Below are positions 1-8,422 of a stretch of 64,000 nucleotides of DNA, piece by piece (the first letter of the stretch is position 1; every line of letters starts with the position of its first letter). The stretch is taken from NCBI GenBank assembly GCA_038845975.1, contig JAWBQF010000006.1, forward strand, positions 1 through 64,000, read 5' to 3'. The notes under the pieces were generated by a model. The model did not search any database and had not been told where the DNA came from. It saw only the letters and a program-made list of their open reading frames with translations. Source of the DNA: Candidatus Methanomethylicia archaeon (lineage in GTDB: Archaea; Thermoproteota; Methanomethylicia; CALHIW01). A program made the translations under genes and the position numbers.

Positions 1-7
1 TGGATAG

Positions 8-950
8 GAATCTCAAATAAAGAGAATTGAAAGCGCATATATTTCTCAAACTCGTCTGGGTTTGTTGGTATTTCTGAATCTCAAATAAAGAGAATTGAAA
101 GTTTGTTGTTTGACATTGCTGAACCCACTTCAATAATTGTTGAATCTCAAATAAAGAGAATTGAAAGACCACCATTTTGCTACCGAAACTGTACCGAAAC
201 CTGCATTTGAATCTCAAATAAAGAGAATTGAAAGAATATCACGCCCTCCACAGCTTGTCAACTCCATATCCAAGAGAATCTCAAATAAAGAGAATTGAAA
301 GAGACAATGTCAAGAAGCAAGGTGACTCGGCGTTGAGAATCTCAAATAAAGAGAATTGAAAGGCCCCTCAATGCCTGACTCAGGCAACCCGTCAACACTG
401 TGGAATCTCAAATAAAGAGAATTGAAAGTGGTGTACAGCATAGCTGACTGTCTAACAGTCATTTCTAGAATCTCAAATAAAGAGAATTGAAAGGTTAAAG
501 AGTCGGATACACCTGTCTACGCCACAGTACTGGAATCTCAAATAAAGAGAATTGAAAGGCAAATATGCAATTCCCTGTATACCCGGCAACTGAAGTGCCG
601 AATCTCAAATAAAGAGAATTGAAAGTCTTAAGAGGAGGACAAGGGCTAAGGCGTTAAGACATTTGAATCTCAAATAAAGAGAATTGAAAGACTATAATAT
701 ATGCTTGATTACCTGACACAAACAATGATGAATCTCAAATAAAGAGAATTGAAAGACAAGTATTGGTTTGAATACCAGAAGGAAACAGGCAAGCTGAATC
801 TCAAATAAAGAGAATTGAAAGTGTAGTATATTAACTCCTCCAAGTTCAGCTTGCTCATTGAATCTCAAATAAAGAGAATTGAAAGGACTCGTCATCCCAT
901 TTTCTAACCCATTTATAAAGGCAGGAATCTCAAATAAAGAGAATTGAAAG
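8..950 (+). CRISPR. CRISPR array (trailer end; continues left of window), 15 repeats GAATCTCAAATAAAGAGAATTGAAAG, 14 complete spacers of 35-42 nt
   Basis: Identical 26-bp repeats start at 8,76,142,209,276,337,403,468,533,600,665,730,796,860,925; the 3' ATTGAAAG handle indicates + strand transcription. Confidence 0.99.
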
Positions 951-1210
951 ATAAAAGTTAAGCCTTAAAGTACTAAATTTCTATTTGAGATTCATCATTA
1001 ACATTTAGAAATACAACTTTTCCCTTAATGTGTGTTGTCAGTATTGATAATCTACCAGCTTTTAAAGCTCATCAATCAAATTCTTTACAGCCGTATTTCT
1101 CCCGCTGAAAACAAAACGTCTACCTTTAACATATGATTTACTCATACCAATCTAAGTATTTAAACCTATAAATGTAAAACTTTTTAAGTGTTAATCTATG
1201 AATATGTAGA

Positions 1211-2035
1211 GTGATGTTTATGGTTGATATTTATAGTAAAGAGTTTATGGAGTTTCTCTTCAGCAAGTATATTTCAGGTTTGAGGAGGGTATTTCCATAT
1301 CCTGTTGAGGCTAAGCTTAAGATGTGGAAGGCTGTTGATGAGGGGAAGCTTCCAGAAATGACGTGGCGTTCAGCATGGTATAGAGCAATATGGCTATACA
1401 TAGCCTTAACAGCACCTGTAGAAGGACTAGAATGGATACATGAATTTCTTAAAGAGAAGGCTGAGAGGATACGTTTTGAAACCATGATACCGATAATTTT
1501 TAGACATAATATTGAAGGGTATTTATCAGCCGCTAGAGATGTAGCTAGCATGAGACTGAAGAGTGGGAAATACAGGGAAGAATGCGGGAAATTCGTTAAG
1601 GAAATCGAAGGGGAAGTATGCGGTTTAATAATGGATATCTATAGTAGAGAGTTTATAGAGGCTGTTTTCGATAAGTATATTTCCGATTTAAGAAAGCTTC
1701 TTCCACATCCCGTTGAGGCTAAACTTAGTATGTGGAGGGTTGAGGAGAAGCTTCCAGAACCAACATGGAAGTCGGAATGGTATAAGAGAATATGGGTATA
1801 CATAGCTTTAACAGCACCTATGGAAAGGCTTGAATGGATATATGAATTCCTTAAGAGTAAAGCTTGGAGAATGTGTCTTGAGAAAACAATACCTGTAACT
1901 CTTAGATACCATCTTGAAGGATATCTAGCAGCTGCAAGGGATGTAGCTAGCATGAGGCTGGAGAGCGAGGTCTACAGGAGGGAGTGTGAGAAATTCGTTA
2001 AGGATATTGAAGAGGAGGTGCTTGGTAAACAGTAA
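1211..2035 (+). CDS. Hypothetical CRISPR-adjacent protein made of two tandem ~135-aa homologous helical domains
   Basis: 274-aa ORF; halves ~65% identical by eye (YIALTAP, EGYLxAARDVASMRL); TATA-like TTTTTAAG ~25 nt upstream. Confidence 0.85.
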   Translation: MMFMVDIYSKEFMEFLFSKYISGLRRVFPYPVEAKLKMWKAVDEGKLPEMTWRSAWYRAIWLYIALTAPVEGLEWIHEFLKEKAERIRFETMIPIIFRHNIEGYLSAARDVASMRLKSGKYREECGKFVKEIEGEVCGLIMDIYSREFIEAVFDKYISDLRKLLPHPVEAKLSMWRVEEKLPEPTWKSEWYKRIWVYIALTAPMERLEWIYEFLKSKAWRMCLEKTIPVTLRYHLEGYLAAARDVASMRLESEVYRRECEKFVKDIEEEVLGKQ

Positions 2036-2065
2036 AATTTATATTTTTTCATTGGTCTTGTATTT

Positions 2066-2857
2066 ATGAATGTTCATCTAGTAACGTGTGGTACATCGAT
2101 TATTGAGAACTATATTAGACGTTTAGATCCCTCAAGTGAGGATCGTAGGATAGCTGAAAGTGATGTGGAGGTTATGAAGAGGGTAATGCCTGCTGATCCG
2201 TTTTTCAGGAGGGTTTATAGTCTACTTAGGGAGGATCCTTATGCTATGAGTGCTGAGATTAATGCTATGAGGGGCTTTCTTGAAAATAAGCTTATCAGTA
2301 AGGTTTATCTATATCATACGGATACTGGTAAGGGGTTATTTTGCGCTAAACTTATTGAGAAGTATCTTACTGATAATTTAATAGAAACTGAAACGATTAG
2401 GGTTGAAGGGTTTGGTGTTGAGGGATTCTTTGAGGATGGTCTTGTAAACCTTCTAGATAAGGTAATGGATAAAGCCTATAGGCTATTAGAAGCCGGATTT
2501 AACGTATATTTAAATGCTACAGGAGGATTTAAGCCTGAAAACGCCATACTTACAATAGCTGCATCTCTTCTAGGAATCCAGAACATATACTATATACATG
2601 AAAGGTTTAGAAGTCATGTAGATATACCAGTTTTACCGTTAACTCTAAGTCATGAATATTTAAAACCATTAAAACATCTATATGAAGAATGTGGAAAACA
2701 TGGCTTCGCTTCTCAATTCCAATTCATTGAGAACTATGGGAAAAACATATTTAGTAGTCTTAGAAACAGAAATTTAATCACAATAGAGGATGGAAGGATA
2801 AAGCTTAGAAAATGGACATACATAATGTTAAAATACATACTTAAACAATCCACATAG
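2066..2857 (+). CDS. APE2256/Sso1393-family CARF protein with C-terminal wHTH (Crn1-type ring nuclease candidate)
   Basis: Motifs TCGTS, SAEIN, YHTDT, NATGGFKPE typical of the APE2256 family. Confidence 0.85.
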   Translation: MNVHLVTCGTSIIENYIRRLDPSSEDRRIAESDVEVMKRVMPADPFFRRVYSLLREDPYAMSAEINAMRGFLENKLISKVYLYHTDTGKGLFCAKLIEKYLTDNLIETETIRVEGFGVEGFFEDGLVNLLDKVMDKAYRLLEAGFNVYLNATGGFKPENAILTIAASLLGIQNIYYIHERFRSHVDIPVLPLTLSHEYLKPLKHLYEECGKHGFASQFQFIENYGKNIFSSLRNRNLITIEDGRIKLRKWTYIMLKYILKQST

Positions 2858-2941
2858 GCTAACAAATCTCGATTACCGTCATATTATGGTTATAGTCTAA
2901 TAGTTTAGGTTGAGATAGTAGGTTGTTAACTAGGTATATGA

Positions 2942-4300
2942 TTAAAGTCTTCTGCATGTTTTAATTACTTTTCTTAGATTGTCTTCTGCATAGCGGAATC
3001 TTAAGTGGGGTTTAATTTCTTTTTTGATTGTTTCATCATCCATGGAGTTAAGTCTGTTTTGAAATTCAGAATCGCTATCAATTCTTATCTCAACAGTATT
3101 TCTTTCAAATCCTGAGTGGAATATAAAATTTCTATTGTCAAATCCTCCTCCTTCAATTACTTCATTTAATCTAATCCACTTATTGAAAATTCCTTCATCC
3201 TCCTTAATTTTCTTACTGATTCTACTTGGTATTTCATGGCATAGGTCATGGCTTATAGCTATTTCAAGTCTTTTAAATTTTGAAAATAATCTTTCACATA
3301 ATTCGTTTAATTCATTAAATGATACTTCATGCTTCCTCGATAAATTTAGTAGTGATGCAATAAACCATATAATTGTACATGTAGTGAAGTCCTCCGTAAA
3401 CTTAACTTTTCTCTCTATAACGTATTCATTACCTACATGCTTTATACATACTTCATTCAGCCAGGTATTAAATGCTTCATCAATTTTCTCTTTAAGAGCC
3501 TTTAAATCAGGATACCATCTATATAAGGCTAGAGGAAATCCATTTAAAACAGAGTTTAGAAATACATTTAATTCCTCTACTTCATGATCATTCAAGCTAA
3601 ACCTCTTAATAACCTCAATAATACCATCATTTTGCTCAAATTGGCTTAGTAGTCTATGTACTCCACCAATCTTCATAGGCTGAAAAGCAAGCAAGGGAGA
3701 TACTACTCTATCCTCAACTAGATGTATCTCCATTTTATCAGTAACATTCCTCACGTATGGATCTGAATTGAAAACCTTTAACTCAACTGAGGTTGTTAAT
3801 GCTAAAGCATTCAGCATCTCCCTAATACATCTATACGTTAAAGTAGGCATGAAATTTATGCCGTGGGTAAGATCTAAATATACAGTTAACTCCTCATTAC
3901 ATAGGAAATATTTAAGTAATGCATATAGTGTATAAGCATAGAAATCACTTAAACTACCGGAGAATCTAAAATAGTAATCGTCAAATTTAAATCTTCCAAC
4001 ACCGGGTGCAACAATAAAACTAACATTACAGGCTAAATCACTTCTAGCCTCATCCATTAGGGACTTTAGAAATTCTCTATATCTATACTCTACATTTCTC
4101 AACAAATCATTGTATGAGTTAAACCTTTTATTTGCAACTGTATCTAAAACTACTATTAAAGTTAAATCTGGACTTAAAGAGTTAAGTAGGAGTGGAAGAG
4201 AGGATCTACTCTTAATGGAGTTATTGCCATAAACATATTCAACAGAACTCCATCCAGGAATCCAGGGATTACCCCAAGTTGCAACGAGAATGGACTTCAT
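2942..4300 (-). CDS. csx1: CARF-HEPN ribonuclease Csx1
   Basis: ATWGNP N-terminus, DLTHGINFMP (DxTHG) motif, HEPN RNFIFHSGFE. Confidence 0.93.
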   Translation of the reverse strand: MKSILVATWGNPWIPGWSSVEYVYGNNSIKSRSSLPLLLNSLSPDLTLIVVLDTVANKRFNSYNDLLRNVEYRYREFLKSLMDEARSDLACNVSFIVAPGVGRFKFDDYYFRFSGSLSDFYAYTLYALLKYFLCNEELTVYLDLTHGINFMPTLTYRCIREMLNALALTTSVELKVFNSDPYVRNVTDKMEIHLVEDRVVSPLLAFQPMKIGGVHRLLSQFEQNDGIIEVIKRFSLNDHEVEELNVFLNSVLNGFPLALYRWYPDLKALKEKIDEAFNTWLNEVCIKHVGNEYVIERKVKFTEDFTTCTIIWFIASLLNLSRKHEVSFNELNELCERLFSKFKRLEIAISHDLCHEIPSRISKKIKEDEGIFNKWIRLNEVIEGGGFDNRNFIFHSGFERNTVEIRIDSDSEFQNRLNSMDDETIKKEIKPHLRFRYAEDNLRKVIKTCRRL

Positions 4301-4537
4301 TAAAATAAATATAAAGCAAACTTAAAAACTTAACACCACTATGGATTACACTTCAATTAAACTTTATGAGGCTTCAAATTTTAAATTTAACCAATTCTGA
4401 AACTGTAGATTTGAATTACTATTATGGTTGAATTCCTCATTGCTTGAAGAATGTAAGTGTTGATGGAGTTTATTGTTTAAGTATTTACTAGTTACTAACT
4501 ATTTGGTAGATTTGCTATAGTATTGGCTTTAACATTT

Positions 4538-5209
4538 TTACTTTTCATGCTTAACCTTTCTAACAATACTTTTCAAATCTATAATCCACTTTATTTTTTT
4601 ATCTTCAGTTACATACATTAAAGGTATTAGGTATAATGATGCAATATCGTAGAAGGCTATTGTAGCAGGCTTTGTAGCGCCTGTACAATCCATTATTAAC
4701 GGATAGTTCTCAATAATATCCTCAACTATTGATTTAACCCTACTTCTTAAAGCATTAACATCAGATATTTCATCTCCACTACAAAGTATGAAGTTACAGT
4801 TCACTACATCTATATTCTCCCATTCACCTAAAGCCTTAGATGTTGTTATTACGTAAGACCTATCATACTCAATACCCTCCATTTTAAGAAGCTTTAATGC
4901 TGTTAATGTTTCAGGCTCCTCCCTATTGTTTCTCCTACCAAGTAATCCTAGATATGTATATGGCTTCTTAAGGTTTAAAATAGTGTAAAACACACCTTTA
5001 TATTTCAGTTTATAGAATCCCCTAAGATCCGAATTTACAATTCCTAGTTTACCTAGTCTATTTAAGTGGTGTTTTAAGGCTCCACCCTTAACCCCGCTAG
5101 TTCTCTCAATATTTGAAAAGTTGGTTAAGCCATTAAATCTTAGTAAGGCATCAATAATCTTAATGCTCTTCTCAAACTTTAAAGCCTCCTTAACTTTATG
5201 CTCAAACAT
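4538..5209 (-). CDS. N-terminal wHTH + C-terminal CARF-like domain protein (putative cOA-responsive regulator)
   Basis: ArsR-like HTH (FSNIERTSGVKGGALKHHLNRL), CARF-like LGLLG strand and DCTGATK motif; divergent from the cas operon. Confidence 0.75.
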   Translation of the reverse strand: MFEHKVKEALKFEKSIKIIDALLRFNGLTNFSNIERTSGVKGGALKHHLNRLGKLGIVNSDLRGFYKLKYKGVFYTILNLKKPYTYLGLLGRRNNREEPETLTALKLLKMEGIEYDRSYVITTSKALGEWENIDVVNCNFILCSGDEISDVNALRSRVKSIVEDIIENYPLIMDCTGATKPATIAFYDIASLYLIPLMYVTEDKKIKWIIDLKSIVRKVKHEK

Positions 5210-5210
5210 A

Positions 5211-5251
5211 AGTAAAACTACATTTATAATATATAAACTTGTAGCTTTACT
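5211..5251. promoter_or_regulatory. Palindromic operator candidate in the divergent promoter
   Basis: AGTAAAACTACA-N17-TGTAGCTTTACT (11/12 inverted match) enclosing TATA-like TTTATAATATATAAA. Confidence 0.6.
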
Positions 5252-5295
5252 CCAAGAAAATTTTTTAGATAGTAATAAAAATATTATTGGTATTT

Positions 5296-5670
5296 ATGTC
5301 TAGTATTGATGAATTTATGGGAGAGGATATTTTTAACTTAGCTATCAATACCGGTAGTAAAATGACGCCTCGTGTTGATAAGACAACTCTCAGCAATCTT
5401 ATATCACTATTTCTAGGTAGGCTTGATGCTAAAGCCGCATTGAATGAGTTAATAGTTTATATTGCTAGACAAACCGGTAGGAGGGAGATTCCGAGGGATA
5501 TTGCTAAACTCCTTCTTTCAGACATTAGACAGATAAGGAGTAAATGTAGAAATGAAGAGGAGCTTAGAGAGGCTATATCTAAGTATCTAGTATTACTGAG
5601 ATGGGTATATGATAGTGATGTTAGGAATGTTGATAATATTGATAGATTCATGAGTAAGCTTACTGAGTGA
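5296..5670 (+). CDS. Type III small subunit (Cas11/Csm2-like)
   Basis: ~124-aa helical protein, first gene of the RAMP operon; YIARQ..R and YL..LRWVYDS patterns of crenarchaeal small subunits. Confidence 0.7.
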   Translation: MSSIDEFMGEDIFNLAINTGSKMTPRVDKTTLSNLISLFLGRLDAKAALNELIVYIARQTGRREIPRDIAKLLLSDIRQIRSKCRNEEELREAISKYLVLLRWVYDSDVRNVDNIDRFMSKLTE

Positions 5671-6392
5671 TATTGATGATATATTTTAACAGTCAACATA
5701 TAACGTATAGGATTAATGCTGAGCTCATAAATGAGACTCCACTATCTATAGGTGCAGGTAGAGGAGCATTGTTTGGAGGTATTGATAACCCTATAATAAG
5801 AATGAATGGTATACCATTCATTCCTGGATCGTCTATTAAGGGAGTGCTTAGAGCTGAAGCTGAAAAATACGCTAATGTTAAGGGATGGCCTGTATGTGAT
5901 GTTGTATCCAATCCAAACTATGAGATGGATATGAAGGAGAATCTGAAGGATAAATATGAGCCATGTATTGTATGTAGTGTTTTCGGGGGACCAACCGTAG
6001 CCTCCAAAATCACAGTCCTAAATGCCACACCAATAGGTGAATATAGAATTGAGACGAGAACATGCGTATCAATATGTAGGATTACTGGTGGTCAGTATCC
6101 AGGTAGACTATTCGATATTGAGTACATAACTCCACATAGTAGGTTTGAATGGGGATTAATTATTGAGGGCTACGATATAGTTAATGGAGTTGGAAGAGAA
6201 GTTGAACTTATAAATTACTTGATTAAGAAACTTATTAACGATGGGGTTTGGATTGGTGGAAGGAGAAGTGTAGGTCATGGATTGGTTAAGATGAATATCA
6301 GGAAGATTTCACGTGAATCAATAGTTAATGGGGAATTGAAATCTGAAGACTGTACAGATAAGTATCTTAAGTTACTAGGTGTAAAGCATTGA
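5667..6392 (+). CDS. csm3: Cas7-group RAMP (Csm3-like)
   Basis: TPLSIGAG..IDNP, IPGSSIKGVLR, C-x-x-C-x-x-FG, G-rich loop IGGRRSVGHG. Confidence 0.9.
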   Translation: MILMIYFNSQHITYRINAELINETPLSIGAGRGALFGGIDNPIIRMNGIPFIPGSSIKGVLRAEAEKYANVKGWPVCDVVSNPNYEMDMKENLKDKYEPCIVCSVFGGPTVASKITVLNATPIGEYRIETRTCVSICRITGGQYPGRLFDIEYITPHSRFEWGLIIEGYDIVNGVGREVELINYLIKKLINDGVWIGGRRSVGHGLVKMNIRKISRESIVNGELKSEDCTDKYLKLLGVKH

Positions 6393-7243
6393 CTCAATGG
6401 TTTGTTCACGACTACTTATATAGAGTACTGAATGTTAAGTTAAGCTTTGAGGCTAAGTCGCCGTTTAGGATTGGAGCTGGAAAATCAACATCCCTAACAT
6501 CACCTGTAGATCTTCAAGTATTAAGAATAAATATTAATGGAAGAGAGGTACAGTACATACCTGGAAGCAGCTTAAAAGGAGTATTTAGATCTGTGTCTGA
6601 ATTCATCGCTAAGTCGAATGGTATAAATGCATGTATGGCAGGTAATGAATGTAAAGATAACTATAATAGAAAACTGGACGATGCTCTTAGAAGTAGGAAT
6701 CTAGATGAGGTTAGGAAGATATTAGCTAGCTACTGCCTAATATGTAAGCTGTATGGTTCAGGTAGCTATGCTTCACATATAATCTTCGGAGATATGTTTC
6801 CAGAGGGGGATATAGCTATAGGCGTTAAGACAGGAATAGCAATAGATAGGAGAAGTGGAACTGCTAAGCGTGGTGCTTTATATACTGTTGAATTCATAAT
6901 GCCTGGAAGCATATTTAAAGGAAACATTACACTTATAAACACTCCTAACTATGCTATTGGATTATTATCCTACGTTATTAAATTAATTAACGATGGAGTT
7001 ATTAGAATTGGAGGGTTTAAGTCAAGAGGATTTGGTCAATTCTCAGTTAATCCAATGGAAATCAATGGAGAAATTATCCATAACAATAAAGTAATGAAAA
7101 TATCTGAGGTTGACATCTTCGAGCCGCTTGACGAGTTCGATAGTGAGGTTAATATTGCTGATGTAGGGAGGAACTATGCTAAGCTTCTTGAAAGGTTTAG
7201 GATAGCATGGGATAACTATGTCTCAAAGATTAAGCATAGCTAG
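6389..7243 (+). CDS. Cas7-group RAMP (Csm3/Csx7-like)
   Basis: PFRIGAG..VD, IPGSSLKGVFRS, CLICKLYG, IGGFKSRGFG. Confidence 0.9.
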   Translation: MTQWFVHDYLYRVLNVKLSFEAKSPFRIGAGKSTSLTSPVDLQVLRININGREVQYIPGSSLKGVFRSVSEFIAKSNGINACMAGNECKDNYNRKLDDALRSRNLDEVRKILASYCLICKLYGSGSYASHIIFGDMFPEGDIAIGVKTGIAIDRRSGTAKRGALYTVEFIMPGSIFKGNITLINTPNYAIGLLSYVIKLINDGVIRIGGFKSRGFGQFSVNPMEINGEIIHNNKVMKISEVDIFEPLDEFDSEVNIADVGRNYAKLLERFRIAWDNYVSKIKHS

Positions 7244-8147
7244 AAAACCATATACTCCAAGGGATAGAGTAGATAGGGATAGATTCAACATAATATTAGA
7301 TGTTGAAGCTGAAGTAATATCAAATAGCTACCTATTTACAGGGGCATCCGTACATAAGGTTGAAGTATACGATGTAGTTGGCAGAATGGAAAATGTTATT
7401 CAGAGATATTTACGTGGAGAAATAAGCGAGGATGAGATTATAAATATAATCTATAATCAGTATAGAGGAGTTGAAATAAGACCATCGAGGAGAATGCCTA
7501 GATACCTGGATAAAATCATAATTCCAGGATCATCCATTAAGGGCGCTATCAGATCTAGAATTGAGTATAAATGCTCCCCATCAATATCGTGCTACTCAGT
7601 TGAAAGTAGGGAGTTGCCGCCAAAACAATTCTATAGGAGACATATAGGATATTGGGGTGAAAATGTAGTTGATGCTAGAGGGGCATGTAGTCCAGATAAT
7701 GTATGTATTGTATGCGATTTATTCGGAGCTCCAGGACTACTCTCAAGAGTATACTTTACAGATATGGTTATGAGTAGTGGAGGAGTAAGCTTCCTAAAGG
7801 ATTTGGGAGTGGAAGCAGTAAATCCGAACTCAAAATTTAATCTTGAAGTTAACGGTGTAAACTTTAACTTTACAGATCTCGGCCTCATGCTTGCAGGTCT
7901 TGAAATATTTACTGGAAGCCGTGTTCCAATATGTGCATACAAGTATAGGTATAATCCTAATCTGGGAGGTGGACACTACATGGATAAATACGTGTTTGGA
8001 CTTGTAAAATTCTCCATTAACGGGTTTAGGGAAAACATTTCTAGGAAGCTATCAGATCTAAAACTTGAAGACTTAATATCTAGATCTAGAGAGGAATTAA
8101 CCAATACTCTTGGAGACAATATAGATATACGTAAAGGTGTTATTTAA
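7218..8147 (+). CDS. Cas7-group RAMP with insertion
   Basis: IPGSSIKGAIRSR, CIVCDLFG. Confidence 0.85.
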   Translation: MSQRLSIARKPYTPRDRVDRDRFNIILDVEAEVISNSYLFTGASVHKVEVYDVVGRMENVIQRYLRGEISEDEIINIIYNQYRGVEIRPSRRMPRYLDKIIIPGSSIKGAIRSRIEYKCSPSISCYSVESRELPPKQFYRRHIGYWGENVVDARGACSPDNVCIVCDLFGAPGLLSRVYFTDMVMSSGGVSFLKDLGVEAVNPNSKFNLEVNGVNFNFTDLGLMLAGLEIFTGSRVPICAYKYRYNPNLGGGHYMDKYVFGLVKFSINGFRENISRKLSDLKLEDLISRSREELTNTLGDNIDIRKGVI

Positions 8148-8422
8148 TGGCCGTCTCAGAGGAGGAGCTTCTTAAAATTGTTGGTAGGTATAGTAAGGTA
8201 TTTATCGTTAAGGATGACATGACCTATGACTTGAAGAATGGAAGCGAAATACGTAGCTCCAGCGATCTTGGGGTTCTCGGATTTGCCCTTACTAATGGTA
8301 AGGGAATTAAATGGTTGAGAATTGGTGAGAAAAAATATGTTGAATACCAGATCGATCTAAGTAGGAGCTACATCCATCCATCTTTAGGTAGAAAGGGAAT
8401 TAGGATAGAGGAGGTGATTTAG
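8147..8422 (+). CDS. Small (91 aa) protein in the type III operon (possible Csx19-like subunit)
   Basis: Overlaps stop/start codons on both sides (translational coupling); no recognisable motif. Confidence 0.65.
   Translation: MAVSEEELLKIVGRYSKVFIVKDDMTYDLKNGSEIRSSSDLGVLGFALTNGKGIKWLRIGEKKYVEYQIDLSRSYIHPSLGRKGIRIEEVI

Noticed and set aside
692-895. 67-aa minus-strand ORF
   Set aside because: Lies within the CRISPR array; the repeated FQFSLFEI is translated repeat sequence
34-924. Self-targeting spacers within the window
   Set aside because: No convincing match seen by eye; needs a computed search
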